Source: Pelagibacterales bacterium SAG-MED49 (GTDB lineage: Bacteria > Pseudomonadota > Alphaproteobacteria > Pelagibacterales > Pelagibacteraceae). From it: DNA of 64,000 nt. The translations under genes were made by a program, and so were the position numbers. The stretch is taken from positions 40,997 through 104,996 of the forward strand of contig JACWEQ010000004.1 of assembly GCA_014653365.1 (NCBI GenBank), given 5' to 3'. Below are positions 41,720 through 50,984 of this stretch, one piece after another (the stretch's first letter is position 1; the number at the start of each line of letters is the position of its first letter). The notes under the pieces were generated by a model. The model did no database searches, had not been told where the DNA came from, and saw nothing but the letters and a program-made list of their open reading frames with translations.

Positions 41720-42594
41720 ATGAAAGCCATTATTTTTAGCTTACTAGGATGGATGTTTTTACCTGTCATGGATGGTTTTGCTAAATATTTAAGTGATGAT
41801 CTTCCAATTTTACAAATTACTTGGGCTAGATATTTTTTACTGTTGCTTTTGTTTTTCCTATAATGCTTTTTTTTTACAAAAAACAACTTGTTTGGTCAGA
41901 TAAACCTAAGCTTCAAATATTTAGAGGTCTAATTTTACTATCTGCTAATATCTGTTTTTTTTATGCAATTTCAGTCATCTCATTAGCTAAAGCCTTAACT
42001 TTAGCATTTATAGCTCCTTTAATAGTAACAGCATTTTCACCTTTTTTATTAGGAGAAAAAGTTGGTTTTAGAAGGTGGACAGCTGTTGCTGTTGGGTTTA
42101 TTGGGTCATTAATTGTTATTAGACCTGGTTTTCTTGAATTTAACTTGGCAAGTATGGCCGCTTTAGCAACAGGATTCTTTTATGGATTTTATCTTATTAT
42201 TACCCGTAAATTAAGCACCTCAGACAATCCATTGCTTACTCTCTTAATTACTGGAATAGTAGGGGCCTTACTAGTTTCTCTAATTATTCCTTTCTATTGG
42301 GTAAAACCAACACTAAATCAGTGGTCTTTAATGGCCGGTATAGGCATTTTTGCGTGCATAGGTCATTTATTCCTAATATTATCTCTCAAATACGCAGATG
42401 CCTCGAAATTAGCTCCTTTGGGCTATACTGAGATAATACCAAATGTAATAATTGGATATTATTTCTTTAATGAACTCCCAGATAATTGGACTTACTTAGG
42501 TCTTTTCATAATAGTTTTAAGTGGACTTTATATTTCTAGGCGAGAGTACCATCTTAATATTTCTAGGCGAGAGTACCATCTTAGTAGAAATTAA
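41720..42594 (+). pseudogene. DMT (EamA) transporter interrupted by a 1-nt frameshift
   Basis: ATG at 41720 gives MKAIIFSLLGWMFLPVMDGFAKYLSDDLPILQITWARYF; one extra T in the T6 run at 41833-41838 joins it to ORF 41863-42594 (LGEKVG, IRPG). May be an assembly error. Confidence 0.75.
42530..42583 (+). repeat. Perfect 27-bp tandem duplication
   Basis: ATATTTCTAGGCGAGAGTACCATCTTA at 42530-42556 and 42557-42583; protein repeats ISRREYHL. Confidence 0.95.
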
Positions 42595-43137
42595 TAATAG
42601 TAACTTTTTATTTACTATATATTAAACTAATACTTTATATAATTTATATAAATTACTGTAATTATGAGTTTTTTTTGATATAAAATATTAATATGTTTAT
42701 ATTATATATAGTAACAATATGTTTACTGTCTTAAATAATTTGATAGAGCAAATCTCAATTAATCAACAAATGATGATTGTATAAAACTAATTATTAACTA
42801 TTTAATTGGATATAAAAAAAATCATTTAATACCAACGATTATAAGCGGGTAAAAAATTATTAATATCATTTTTAAAATTTATTTAAAAAAGGGTGGGTGA
42901 AATTAACTTAAAAAGTTCAATATTTACGGTCTTTTAAAACTATTGGTATTATTGATAACTAGAGCAATGCAGTATAGGAATATATGCTTTAAACGTCCAT
43001 AGAGTACCTTATTTTTAGTAAGGATCGATATGTGGTACAACTGAAGGGTGTATAATACCATTTGCAGGCAAATAATTTAAAATAGGCTAAAAGTGTTTAT
43101 TTCCAGGGGTTTTTGAATGCTTATAAGCCTTAAATAA

Positions 43138-43416
43138 CTATTTAACAAAGACTTTCTCTGACCTCAATAAACGTCTTTTTTGTTTGATTCCACCTTTACC
43201 GGAGTATCCTCCAAGACTTCCATCTGATCTGATCACTCTATGACATGGTATTTTAGGAGGATCAGGGTTTTTACCAACAGCATTTGCTACAGCTCTAAAA
43301 GCCCTGGGTTTTCCAATGGCTTTAGCAACTTCAAGATAGGTTTTGACTTTACCTTTAGGTATTTCCTTCAAGTAGTTCCAGACTTTTAGCTGAAACTTAG
43401 TCCCTTTTAAGTTCAT
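43138..43416 (-). CDS. ogt: Minimal O6-methylguanine-DNA methyltransferase (C-terminal domain only)
   Basis: FQLKVW..L.EIP.G, RAVANA, active-site PCHRV, GGY; start 43416 or 43425. Confidence 0.88.
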   Translation of the reverse strand: MNLKGTKFQLKVWNYLKEIPKGKVKTYLEVAKAIGKPRAFRAVANAVGKNPDPPKIPCHRVIRSDGSLGGYSGKGGIKQKRRLLRSEKVFVK

Positions 43417-43834
43417 AAAGTTCAAATCCTGTATTATTTGCTATTTTATCATATAATTTTTTAGCATTTTCATTAGAAGAGTGGGTGATCCAACGAATTC
43501 CATCCCAATTATTGGCTTTAGATAATGATTTTAGGTAGCTAATGAGTTTTTGAGCTATTTTTTGACGTCTAAATTCTGGCTCTAGGAACAAATCGTCTAA
43601 AAAACCAATATAATGGCCCTTAATTGGTCTTGGCATTGTTCTATAATGAGCAATTCCAACGATGTTACCCTCTAATTCGAAGCAAATACCGTTAACATCA
43701 TGAGTTACATCTTGAATCCAACCCCATAAGGTGTCTAAAGTCCCTTTATTCATTGGCACTTTATAGAAATCAGCATAACCATTATACAATTTAGACCAAT
43801 TTTCCTTATCTTTTAGTTCCAATTTCCTAATCAT
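43397..43834 (-). CDS. GNAT family N-acetyltransferase
   Basis: LDDLFLEPEFRRQKIA, NENAKKLYDK. Confidence 0.88.
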   Translation of the reverse strand: MIRKLELKDKENWSKLYNGYADFYKVPMNKGTLDTLWGWIQDVTHDVNGICFELEGNIVGIAHYRTMPRPIKGHYIGFLDDLFLEPEFRRQKIAQKLISYLKSLSKANNWDGIRWITHSSNENAKKLYDKIANNTGFELYELKRD

Positions 43835-43869
43835 AAACTTTAATAATTCATTTTATATTATTAATATTA

Positions 43870-44343
43870 TTATGCAAACCATCTAAATCCTTCAAACATA
43901 GCTAGACCATATATTGAATGTCTGATTAAAAAAACGAAAGATATTTTTACTGGGTTTTCAGTATTTGAAGCTAAAATACCTTGGCCTGTAAAAGGCAGAA
44001 ATATCAATAATGGTGCTAATGAAGTAATTGCACCAAAAATTAGACCCGAAAAATAAGACATATTCATTCCAAGTTTTATAAAGGCAAAATAATAAATAAC
44101 TGCCCAACATAATGATATGTAATAGTGGAAAATCCATCCAAGTAAGATCTCAAATTTAAATTTTGGCATATTGATAATGTTAGGATTATAAAAAACTTTA
44201 TTTTTAATCATATAATAAGTCCATCTTCCTACAATTCCCCATGAAGGTTCTGGAATTCCAATTAATTTTAATAAATATCCAAGAATGTCTAGAATTATGC
44301 ATGAGAATATACCAGCAACAACAATACTCAAAATATCATTCAT
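43870..44343 (-). CDS. DUF2938-like membrane protein
   Basis: WGIVGRW, LGWIFHY, H.IYG pattern; four hydrophobic helices. Confidence 0.7.
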   Translation of the reverse strand: MNDILSIVVAGIFSCIILDILGYLLKLIGIPEPSWGIVGRWTYYMIKNKVFYNPNIINMPKFKFEILLGWIFHYYISLCWAVIYYFAFIKLGMNMSYFSGLIFGAITSLAPLLIFLPFTGQGILASNTENPVKISFVFLIRHSIYGLAMFEGFRWFA

Positions 44344-44409
44344 TATAAATTTATATCAGACATCAATAATCTTTAAAAATTAAACTATTGACATTAAAAA
44401 TTTATAATA

Positions 44410-44446
44410 TATTACTAACGATAATTAATGGTTATCAATAGTAATA
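44410..44446. other. Imperfect palindrome, candidate recombinase core site or operator
   Basis: TATTACTAACGATAA-TTAATGG-TTATCAATAGTAATA; arms complementary at 13/15, 7-bp asymmetric spacer, ends 3 bp before recombinase ATG. Confidence 0.7.
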
Positions 44447-44449
44447 ATA

Positions 44450-45406
44450 ATGAATGATATAATAACTGACATAAAAGCTTTACAAGAAGAAACTTTATTT
44501 AATCTTCAAAACTCCAAAGCTATTAACACTATAAGAGCATATAAATCAGATTTTAAAGACTTTAGTTTATTCTGTGCAAAAAATAACTTTAAATCGCTTC
44601 CTTCAGAACCAAAAATTGTTTCATTATATTTAACATATTTATCTGCTAAAGATATTAAAATTAGCACTTTAAAGCGCAGATTAGTGTCAATAGGTGTCAT
44701 TCATAGACTGAAAGGCTATTACTTAGATACAAAACATCCATCTATAATTGAAAATGTTTTGGGTATAAAACGAAGAAAAGGCAGCAATTATAAAAGTAAA
44801 AAACCATTATTAATCAGTAGTTTAAAAAAAATAATTGATGTGATAGATGAACAAAATAAGTTAGAAATTAAAAAATTAAGAGATAGATCTATAATTTTAA
44901 TTGGATTTTCAGGGGGATATAGAAGAAATGAAATAGTTTCATTAGACTATGAAGATTTAGATTTTGTAAGTGAGGGACTGAAAATCAATTTAAAAAGATC
45001 AAAAACAGACCAATTTGGAGAAGGTTTTACAAAAGGACTTCCCTACTTTGATAATTCGCAATATTGCCCAGTTAAATCACTTCAAAAATGGATTAAAATA
45101 TCAAAGATAAATTCAGGTCCTTTGTTCAGAAGATTTACAAAAGGATCTAATTTATCAAAAAATAGATTAACTGATCAAACAGTTGCATTGCTAATTAAAG
45201 AATATTTAAAATTATCTGGTATAGACAGCCAAAATTATTCAGGTCATAGTTTAAGGTCAGGTTTTGCTACATCTGCGGCAGAATCTGGTGCTGATGAAAG
45301 AAATATTATGGCAATGACAGGTCACAAATCAACAGAAATGGTTAGAAGATATATCAAAGAAGCCAACTTATTTAAAAACAATGCATTAAATAAAATTAAA
45401 ATTTAA
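44450..45406 (+). CDS. Tyrosine recombinase, Cre-like
   Basis: Full catalytic set: R (GYRRNE), K (RSKTDQ), HSLR, GH, Y (RRY); CPV..L..W; N-terminal core-binding domain (NTIRAY). Confidence 0.95.
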   Translation: MNDIITDIKALQEETLFNLQNSKAINTIRAYKSDFKDFSLFCAKNNFKSLPSEPKIVSLYLTYLSAKDIKISTLKRRLVSIGVIHRLKGYYLDTKHPSIIENVLGIKRRKGSNYKSKKPLLISSLKKIIDVIDEQNKLEIKKLRDRSIILIGFSGGYRRNEIVSLDYEDLDFVSEGLKINLKRSKTDQFGEGFTKGLPYFDNSQYCPVKSLQKWIKISKINSGPLFRRFTKGSNLSKNRLTDQTVALLIKEYLKLSGIDSQNYSGHSLRSGFATSAAESGADERNIMAMTGHKSTEMVRRYIKEANLFKNNALNKIKI

Positions 45407-45494
45407 ATTAATTTTTCACTACTGTATATAATTAAAATTAATTTAATATCTTTGTAAATATTCATATTTTTATAGAAAAATTACTTTTAAAAAA

Positions 45495-46511
45495 TCAATT
45501 AAAAGAAGAAATTTGATCATCACACATTTTTTTAATTATTGCGCTTAAGTTGGTTTTGGCTGCCCAATTCAGTATTTTTTTTGCCTTTAACGGGTTGGAT
45601 TTAAGGTGATTAACATCTAAGGGTCTATAAAATTTTTTACTTATTTTGATTATTGCTTTGTTACTATTTAAATTAATACATTTTTCATTAATTCCTTTAC
45701 CAGTCCATTTAATATTTATCTTTAAATATTTACATGTCTTGTTAATAAACTCTTTAATACTGTAGCATTTGCCTGTACCTATGATAAAATCATCTTTATT
45801 CTTTATTTGTAACATTTTCCACATTGCCTCAACATAATCTGGCGCAAAACCCCAGTCTCTTTTTGCATAGATATTTCCTAAATACATAATTTTTCTCTTA
45901 TTATTTAAAATTTCACATAATTGTCTAATAATTTTTTTTGTAACAAATTCTTCACCCCTAAGAGGAGATTCGTGGTTAAATAAAATACCTGAACAACAAT
46001 CTAAATTGTAAGCTTTTCTATATAACCTAACTAAATAATGAGACCCAACTTTACTTATGCCATAGGGACTAGCTGGATCAAAATTTGTATTTTCATTAAT
46101 AGATTTTTTTGTTGAGTTTCCAAACATTTCAGATGTCGAAGCTTGATATAAAGATATTTTTTTTTTAGAATTTTTCATTACTTCTAAAATATTTATCAAA
46201 GCAAAAAAATTTGTATTAATTGTATACAAAGGTTGATCAAATGAAGAGGCCACAAAAGACATTGCGGCTAAATTGTATATTTCATCAGGTTTAATTTTAT
46301 TAATGACATAATTTACGGAGGTAAATTCATTAATTTCTAAATCTATTAATTCTATTTTATCCTCAATGCCTAATCTTCTCAGTCTATTATTCTCATAATT
46401 AGAATTTCGTCTATATGCTCCATAAACTTTATATTTTTTAGATAAAAGAAATTTAGCTAGGTAAGCACCATCCTGCCCCATTATACCTGTAATTAAAACT
46501 TTTTTTTTCAT
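45495..46511 (-). CDS. gmd: GDP-mannose 4,6-dehydratase
   Basis: ITGIMGQDGAYLA, YNLAAMSFV, QASTSEMFG, SPYGISK, FNHESPLRG. Confidence 0.95.
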   Translation of the reverse strand: MKKKVLITGIMGQDGAYLAKFLLSKKYKVYGAYRRNSNYENNRLRRLGIEDKIELIDLEINEFTSVNYVINKIKPDEIYNLAAMSFVASSFDQPLYTINTNFFALINILEVMKNSKKKISLYQASTSEMFGNSTKKSINENTNFDPASPYGISKVGSHYLVRLYRKAYNLDCCSGILFNHESPLRGEEFVTKKIIRQLCEILNNKRKIMYLGNIYAKRDWGFAPDYVEAMWKMLQIKNKDDFIIGTGKCYSIKEFINKTCKYLKINIKWTGKGINEKCINLNSNKAIIKISKKFYRPLDVNHLKSNPLKAKKILNWAAKTNLSAIIKKMCDDQISSFN

Positions 46512-46699
46512 TTTTCTAATATCTTTAAAAAATTATTAGCTGAATTGATCCAATTATTACTATTTCTAATCTTATATAAACTTTTATTCAGTTGTATACA
46601 TAAATCATTATCATTAAAAAGATCCAATATATATTTTGCAAATTTCTTCTCATTTAAGCAAAAAAAACTTTTATTATGAATAACGCTTTTCTTAATAAG
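46508..46699 (-). pseudogene. C-terminal remnant of a GT4 glycosyltransferase
   Basis: 63-codon open frame with no ATG (VIHNKSFFCLNEKKFAKYILDLFNDNDL...RNSNNWINSANNFL) resembling the C-terminus of 47632-48606; its TGA overlaps the gmd ATG. Confidence 0.7.
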
Positions 46700-46720
46700 C
46701 TAATAAAAATTATAACAATT

Positions 46721-47620
46721 TTAAATTTTCCAAATTCTAAATATAAGTTTATATGAAAAAGTTAGAAATAGAACTATAGAAATTAATCTTAATAAATTTT
46801 TATATGACTTATTGAGTCTAAAAATTATTAAATTAATAAAAAATCTTAGAAAATAATCAACAAAATTATTAATAATATGAATAAATAATAATTTATGAGA
46901 GGAATTTTTATTTAAATATATATAAGATGAAACTTTATGAATAATTGACAATTTTGTGTCAGTAAAAAATTTCTTTTTAGCAGATGAATTTTCTAGATGT
47001 ATAAATTTGGCAGCAGGAACTTCAATTACATATTTATTTTTTTTCAAAGTACGATCGCAAATATCGTTATCTTCAAAATACATAAAAAAATTTTTATCAA
47101 AACCACCCAATGTATTAAAAAAATCTCTTTTCATTAGATAGCAGCACCCCATTAAAAAATCACAACATGTATTACCAATCGGTATATTATTTAATTTTTC
47201 AGAAACTTTAATGCCTTTCAATTTATTTATATAAGAAATTGAACCATTAGTTCTTCTTCTCATATTTTTATCATATAAAGATGGTCCTAATATACCTATA
47301 TTTTCAGGGTCTTCTAAAAAATATTTAAGAAGTTTTTCTATAGAATTTTCATTTAAAACTATATCAGGATTTGTAATTAATATATATGGTGTGTCGGCAT
47401 AAGAAACGCCTAAGTTATTGCCTTGCCCATAACCTAAATTTTTAGGTGATCTTATTACCCTAATGTTTTTAAATCTTTCAACAATTGAGTATAATTGATT
47501 AGAATTTGAATTATCAACAATGATTACAGGAAATTTTTTAAGAATGTCTAAATTTTTAATAATTAAATTTTCACTTCTATAAGTAACAAGTATCAATGTA
47601 ATGTTTTTGTAAATATTCAT
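46721..47620 (-). CDS. Glycosyltransferase family 2 (WbbL-like)
   Basis: IVDNS, NLGYGQGNNLG, NPD, GGFDKNFFMYFEDNDIC. Confidence 0.92.
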   Translation of the reverse strand: MNIYKNITLILVTYRSENLIIKNLDILKKFPVIIVDNSNSNQLYSIVERFKNIRVIRSPKNLGYGQGNNLGVSYADTPYILITNPDIVLNENSIEKLLKYFLEDPENIGILGPSLYDKNMRRRTNGSISYINKLKGIKVSEKLNNIPIGNTCCDFLMGCCYLMKRDFFNTLGGFDKNFFMYFEDNDICDRTLKKNKYVIEVPAAKFIHLENSSAKKKFFTDTKLSIIHKVSSYIYLNKNSSHKLLFIHIINNFVDYFLRFFINLIIFRLNKSYKNLLRLISIVLFLTFSYKLIFRIWKI

Positions 47621-47631
47621 CCCTTCTTAAA

Positions 47632-48606
47632 CTATAATTGATTTAAAAGATTGGAAGCTACCATAGACCATTTTTTTGTACCTCTTAAATTAAGCAAATT
47701 ATTTCGTAATTTTTTCCACAAATTTATGTCATTAAATAATTTTAATGTATAATAACCAAATTCTTCATTATTTTTTGCTATAAAACCTGTTACACCATGA
47801 TGAACTCTCTCCGAGAGAGACCCTATTCCTAATGTTATTATTGGTATGCATAATTCTCTAGCCTCTTCAGCAGCTATACAGTAAAGTTCACCTTTATGAC
47901 CAGGAACCAACAGAACTTTTGATTTAAGCAAATCATTAACCATTGTTGTTTTATCACCAAAATTTCTAGCAAAAATATTGTATTGACCGTCTATTAGATC
48001 GCTTGGTGTAGTATACAGTTTTATTGATTGATTTTTGGGAAATATGTTTTCTCTCCAAATATTGATTAATATATCTAAATTTCTATCACTTCTTGAAGTA
48101 AATATTGCATTATTATCAATTAAGTTCTCATCTAATTTGGTTTGTAAAAAAAGTGGATCTACAGCCCATTCTAAATTAATCGTACCAAACATTTTTAAAA
48201 AATAATTACGATTTTTGTAATGATAATTACCTAAAATAACAATTTTAGGTTTATATTTTAAATAACTAATTAGTTGTCGTTTACGTATAAATTTTTCGAT
48301 TGATTGTATGCTATGTGAAAAAGCTACATATTTTTTGGCAACAATTCTGTCAAAAAGTCCGATGTCATTATTTGTAAAAGCAACATCGTAAACTAAATTT
48401 TTATTAACTTGACTTATATTAGACCATTTTACATTATTTATAATATTTGTATCAATACAATTGTTATATACATCTACATTAATACCTAATTTAGAAAGTT
48501 CATTGGATAAATGAATTATAGCATTTTCACCACCTCTAATATTTTTTGAATTTAAGTCATTATAAGTGTAAGAGATTAATGAATTGTCTAAAAAACAAAT
48601 TTTCAT
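47632..48606 (-). CDS. Glycosyltransferase (GT-B, GT4-like)
   Basis: GGEN, ELYCIAAEEA (EX7E), TGFI. Confidence 0.82.
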   Translation of the reverse strand: MKICFLDNSLISYTYNDLNSKNIRGGENAIIHLSNELSKLGINVDVYNNCIDTNIINNVKWSNISQVNKNLVYDVAFTNNDIGLFDRIVAKKYVAFSHSIQSIEKFIRKRQLISYLKYKPKIVILGNYHYKNRNYFLKMFGTINLEWAVDPLFLQTKLDENLIDNNAIFTSRSDRNLDILINIWRENIFPKNQSIKLYTTPSDLIDGQYNIFARNFGDKTTMVNDLLKSKVLLVPGHKGELYCIAAEEARELCIPIITLGIGSLSERVHHGVTGFIAKNNEEFGYYTLKLFNDINLWKKLRNNLLNLRGTKKWSMVASNLLNQL

Positions 48607-50729
48607 TAGAATAAACTTGATTTATTTCCTAAAGAAACATCGATAATATATTTAGATATTTTATTTCCATTAAACAGCTTAAAGTATTTTGCTTTACCCC
48701 GTTTCGCAATTATTTTTCTTAATTTGTCATTTTTAGAATAAAATTTAATTTTAGAAGCCAAATCATTAATATCATTATAAAAAATTACCTCTTTATTAGT
48801 AAAAAAATCATTTAACTGGGTTTTTTTATCAATAAAAGTTAGTAAACCATTACCTAAAATTGAAGCAATCCTATTACTTGAATAATACTTTGTGGGAATG
48901 CCCCTGCTCAAATTTAATCCCATTTTTGAATCAATTATTGCATCGTAAAAATCATTACCCCAAATTGGTTGTTTATTTCTAAATCCTCTAAAGTCATGTT
49001 TTATATTAGGAATATTTTTTAAAAGTTTTTCTAAAAAAATAATCCTATTATCCTCAAATCCGACTTTTAGAACACCTCTATTGACGCCATGGCTCATAGC
49101 ATAAAAAATATCATTTTTTGGACGTAAATTATAAACATTGAAGCATTCAATGTTATTGTCGACAGGTACAAAGAAAAAATTAAAATTATTAAATTTAAAT
49201 TTGTTTTTTAAAATTGATGGATCAGTGGTTATAAAATTGTGATCTACTAATGATACATAAGGCTTAATATTTTCAATATTTTTTTTTGAAAATTTTAAAT
49301 TAGGCATAAGTGGGTCCTCATTCCAATGTGATATAATAAGATTTTTATTTATAGACCTCAATTCATCCAAAGTTGATACGTCGATATTATTTGTGTGTCC
49401 AAAAAAAAATAAATCTGGATTATAGTTTTTAAAGGACTCTATTAAATGTCTTTGAAATAACTGTCTATTTGAGTTTAAATTCAATATTGATCTTTTATTT
49501 TTAATAAAATCACGATCACTGATTTCTAAGACATCATGATTATTTCTAATAAATCCATTTGAAAATTTTTTTCCTAAAGAAATATTATATAATCTATAAT
49601 TTGATTTTTGACCTTGGTTAAATAAATTGATAATTTTTAATCTTTTTCTTAATATATTTAATTGATATTTTGGAAAAACTGAACTTCTCATCAAATCAAT
49701 ATTTTTTGTATTATTTGATATTTTGTGCTTTATATTTTGTCTTGATAAATTTTGAATTTTTTTTCTTTTAGTCTTATTTTGAATTAATGATTTAATTGCA
49801 TTGAAGAGTTTTATTGAATTTATTTTGTTTATATTAATTGCATAGTCATTTGTCTCACATAAACCACCTGTGTTAGAAGTAATTGTGGCACAACTACAAG
49901 CTGCTGCTTCAAGAGCCACTCTACCAAATGGCTCTTCCCATCTTGATGGTACAACAGCTATTTCAGATTGATCTAAAATTTTTAATACCTTTTTGTGATC
50001 CACAAAACCTAATTCTTTATGTTGTTTGTGATTAATATAAATATTTCTCCTACTTTCATTACCAATAGAAAATGCTTTCCAGTCAGGGTATTCGTCTAAA
50101 ATTTTTAATACAGCATCTTTAAAAATATCATAGCCTTTTGAGTAATTCAATTTTCCAGCAAAAACTATATATTTAGATTTGGTAATTTTTTTTCTTTTAT
50201 CTACACTGTGGTAAATAATTTCTGTTTTCTCTAAAAATTTATTGTTTACACCTTTAAAAAATCTGTCTTTAACCCATTTACTTATAAATACTAGTTTATC
50301 TACCTTATTAATAATTTCATTTCTTTCTGAAATTGATTTTGAGCCAGACATTGATAATGGATCATTATGATAATACATAATATATCGGGCATCAACTTTT
50401 CCTATCAACTTTAATAAAACTAAAGGTCTATTGTGTATTTCTATTATATCAAATTTTTCTTCACTTAATTTAATAATTAATTTTTCTATATATTCATTAG
50501 AGGTGCTTTGAAATCTAAATTTAAGAGTATCTAAAAATATATTTCTATAGTTTTTTGTTAAATATTTTCCTTCTTTTGTATTTCCATATATAAAATTATT
50601 ATCTTTAAATATTGAATTTTTAAAAAATTCTGAAACCCAAAGAGAAACTGCAGAGGCGTAACCTAAAGTATAGCTTTCTTTATAGGGTAAAATTGTTGCT
50701 ATTTTATGAATTTTTTTTTTTGAAATCAT
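48606..50729 (-). CDS. Two-module GT-B glycosyltransferase fusion
   Basis: N-module PSRWEEPFGRVALEA; C-module YYSSNRIA...G.LTF resembles Glyco_trans_1_2. Confidence 0.85.
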   Translation of the reverse strand: MISKKKIHKIATILPYKESYTLGYASAVSLWVSEFFKNSIFKDNNFIYGNTKEGKYLTKNYRNIFLDTLKFRFQSTSNEYIEKLIIKLSEEKFDIIEIHNRPLVLLKLIGKVDARYIMYYHNDPLSMSGSKSISERNEIINKVDKLVFISKWVKDRFFKGVNNKFLEKTEIIYHSVDKRKKITKSKYIVFAGKLNYSKGYDIFKDAVLKILDEYPDWKAFSIGNESRRNIYINHKQHKELGFVDHKKVLKILDQSEIAVVPSRWEEPFGRVALEAAACSCATITSNTGGLCETNDYAININKINSIKLFNAIKSLIQNKTKRKKIQNLSRQNIKHKISNNTKNIDLMRSSVFPKYQLNILRKRLKIINLFNQGQKSNYRLYNISLGKKFSNGFIRNNHDVLEISDRDFIKNKRSILNLNSNRQLFQRHLIESFKNYNPDLFFFGHTNNIDVSTLDELRSINKNLIISHWNEDPLMPNLKFSKKNIENIKPYVSLVDHNFITTDPSILKNKFKFNNFNFFFVPVDNNIECFNVYNLRPKNDIFYAMSHGVNRGVLKVGFEDNRIIFLEKLLKNIPNIKHDFRGFRNKQPIWGNDFYDAIIDSKMGLNLSRGIPTKYYSSNRIASILGNGLLTFIDKKTQLNDFFTNKEVIFYNDINDLASKIKFYSKNDKLRKIIAKRGKAKYFKLFNGNKISKYIIDVSLGNKSSLF

Positions 50730-50967
50730 TTAATAACTTTGATCTTTCATTTCTATCTTTTTTTAATTTGTATTCAAATGAAAGAGCTTTATTTTTTGAG
50801 TAAAATCTTTTTTTGTACACAATTTTCCATTTATATCCCTTAGTAGATCTAGCACCTAGATTGGTATTATGTTTATTAAGTCTCTTTTGAAGATTGTTAG
50901 TATATCCAACATATGATTTATTTAAATATCCTTTTAATGTTTTGATTAAATAAACATAGTAAACCAT
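50704..50967 (-). CDS. Small GIY-YIG nuclease (UPF0213/Slx1-like)
   Basis: YVYLI...YVGYTNNLQKRL.KH..GARST...ALSFEYKLK. Confidence 0.88.
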   Translation of the reverse strand: MVYYVYLIKTLKGYLNKSYVGYTNNLQKRLNKHNTNLGARSTKGYKWKIVYKKRFYSKNKALSFEYKLKKDRNERSKLLNDFKKKNS

Positions 50968-50984
50968 AGTAAGAACAGTTCATT

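Noticed and set aside
42530-42583. CRISPR-like repeat
   Set aside because: Only two adjacent copies, no spacer, no cas genes.
42634-42652. Perfect palindrome TTTATATAA-T-TTATATAAA
   Set aside because: A/T-only low-complexity sequence in an extremely AT-rich tract; expected by chance.
42693-42853. Decayed small gene (MFILYIVTICLLS* and following frames)
   Set aside because: Too short and interrupted, with no recognisable similarity; cannot be supported without a search.
42595-45494. Canonical XerCD dif site (CATAA-N6-TTATGTTAAAT) and KOPS motifs
   Set aside because: None found by eye in this region; only the N7 palindrome at 44410-44446.
50704-50967. GIY-YIG as homing endonuclease or defence system
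   Set aside because: 87-aa standalone UPF0213-like protein without DNA-binding extension, intron or methylase partner.
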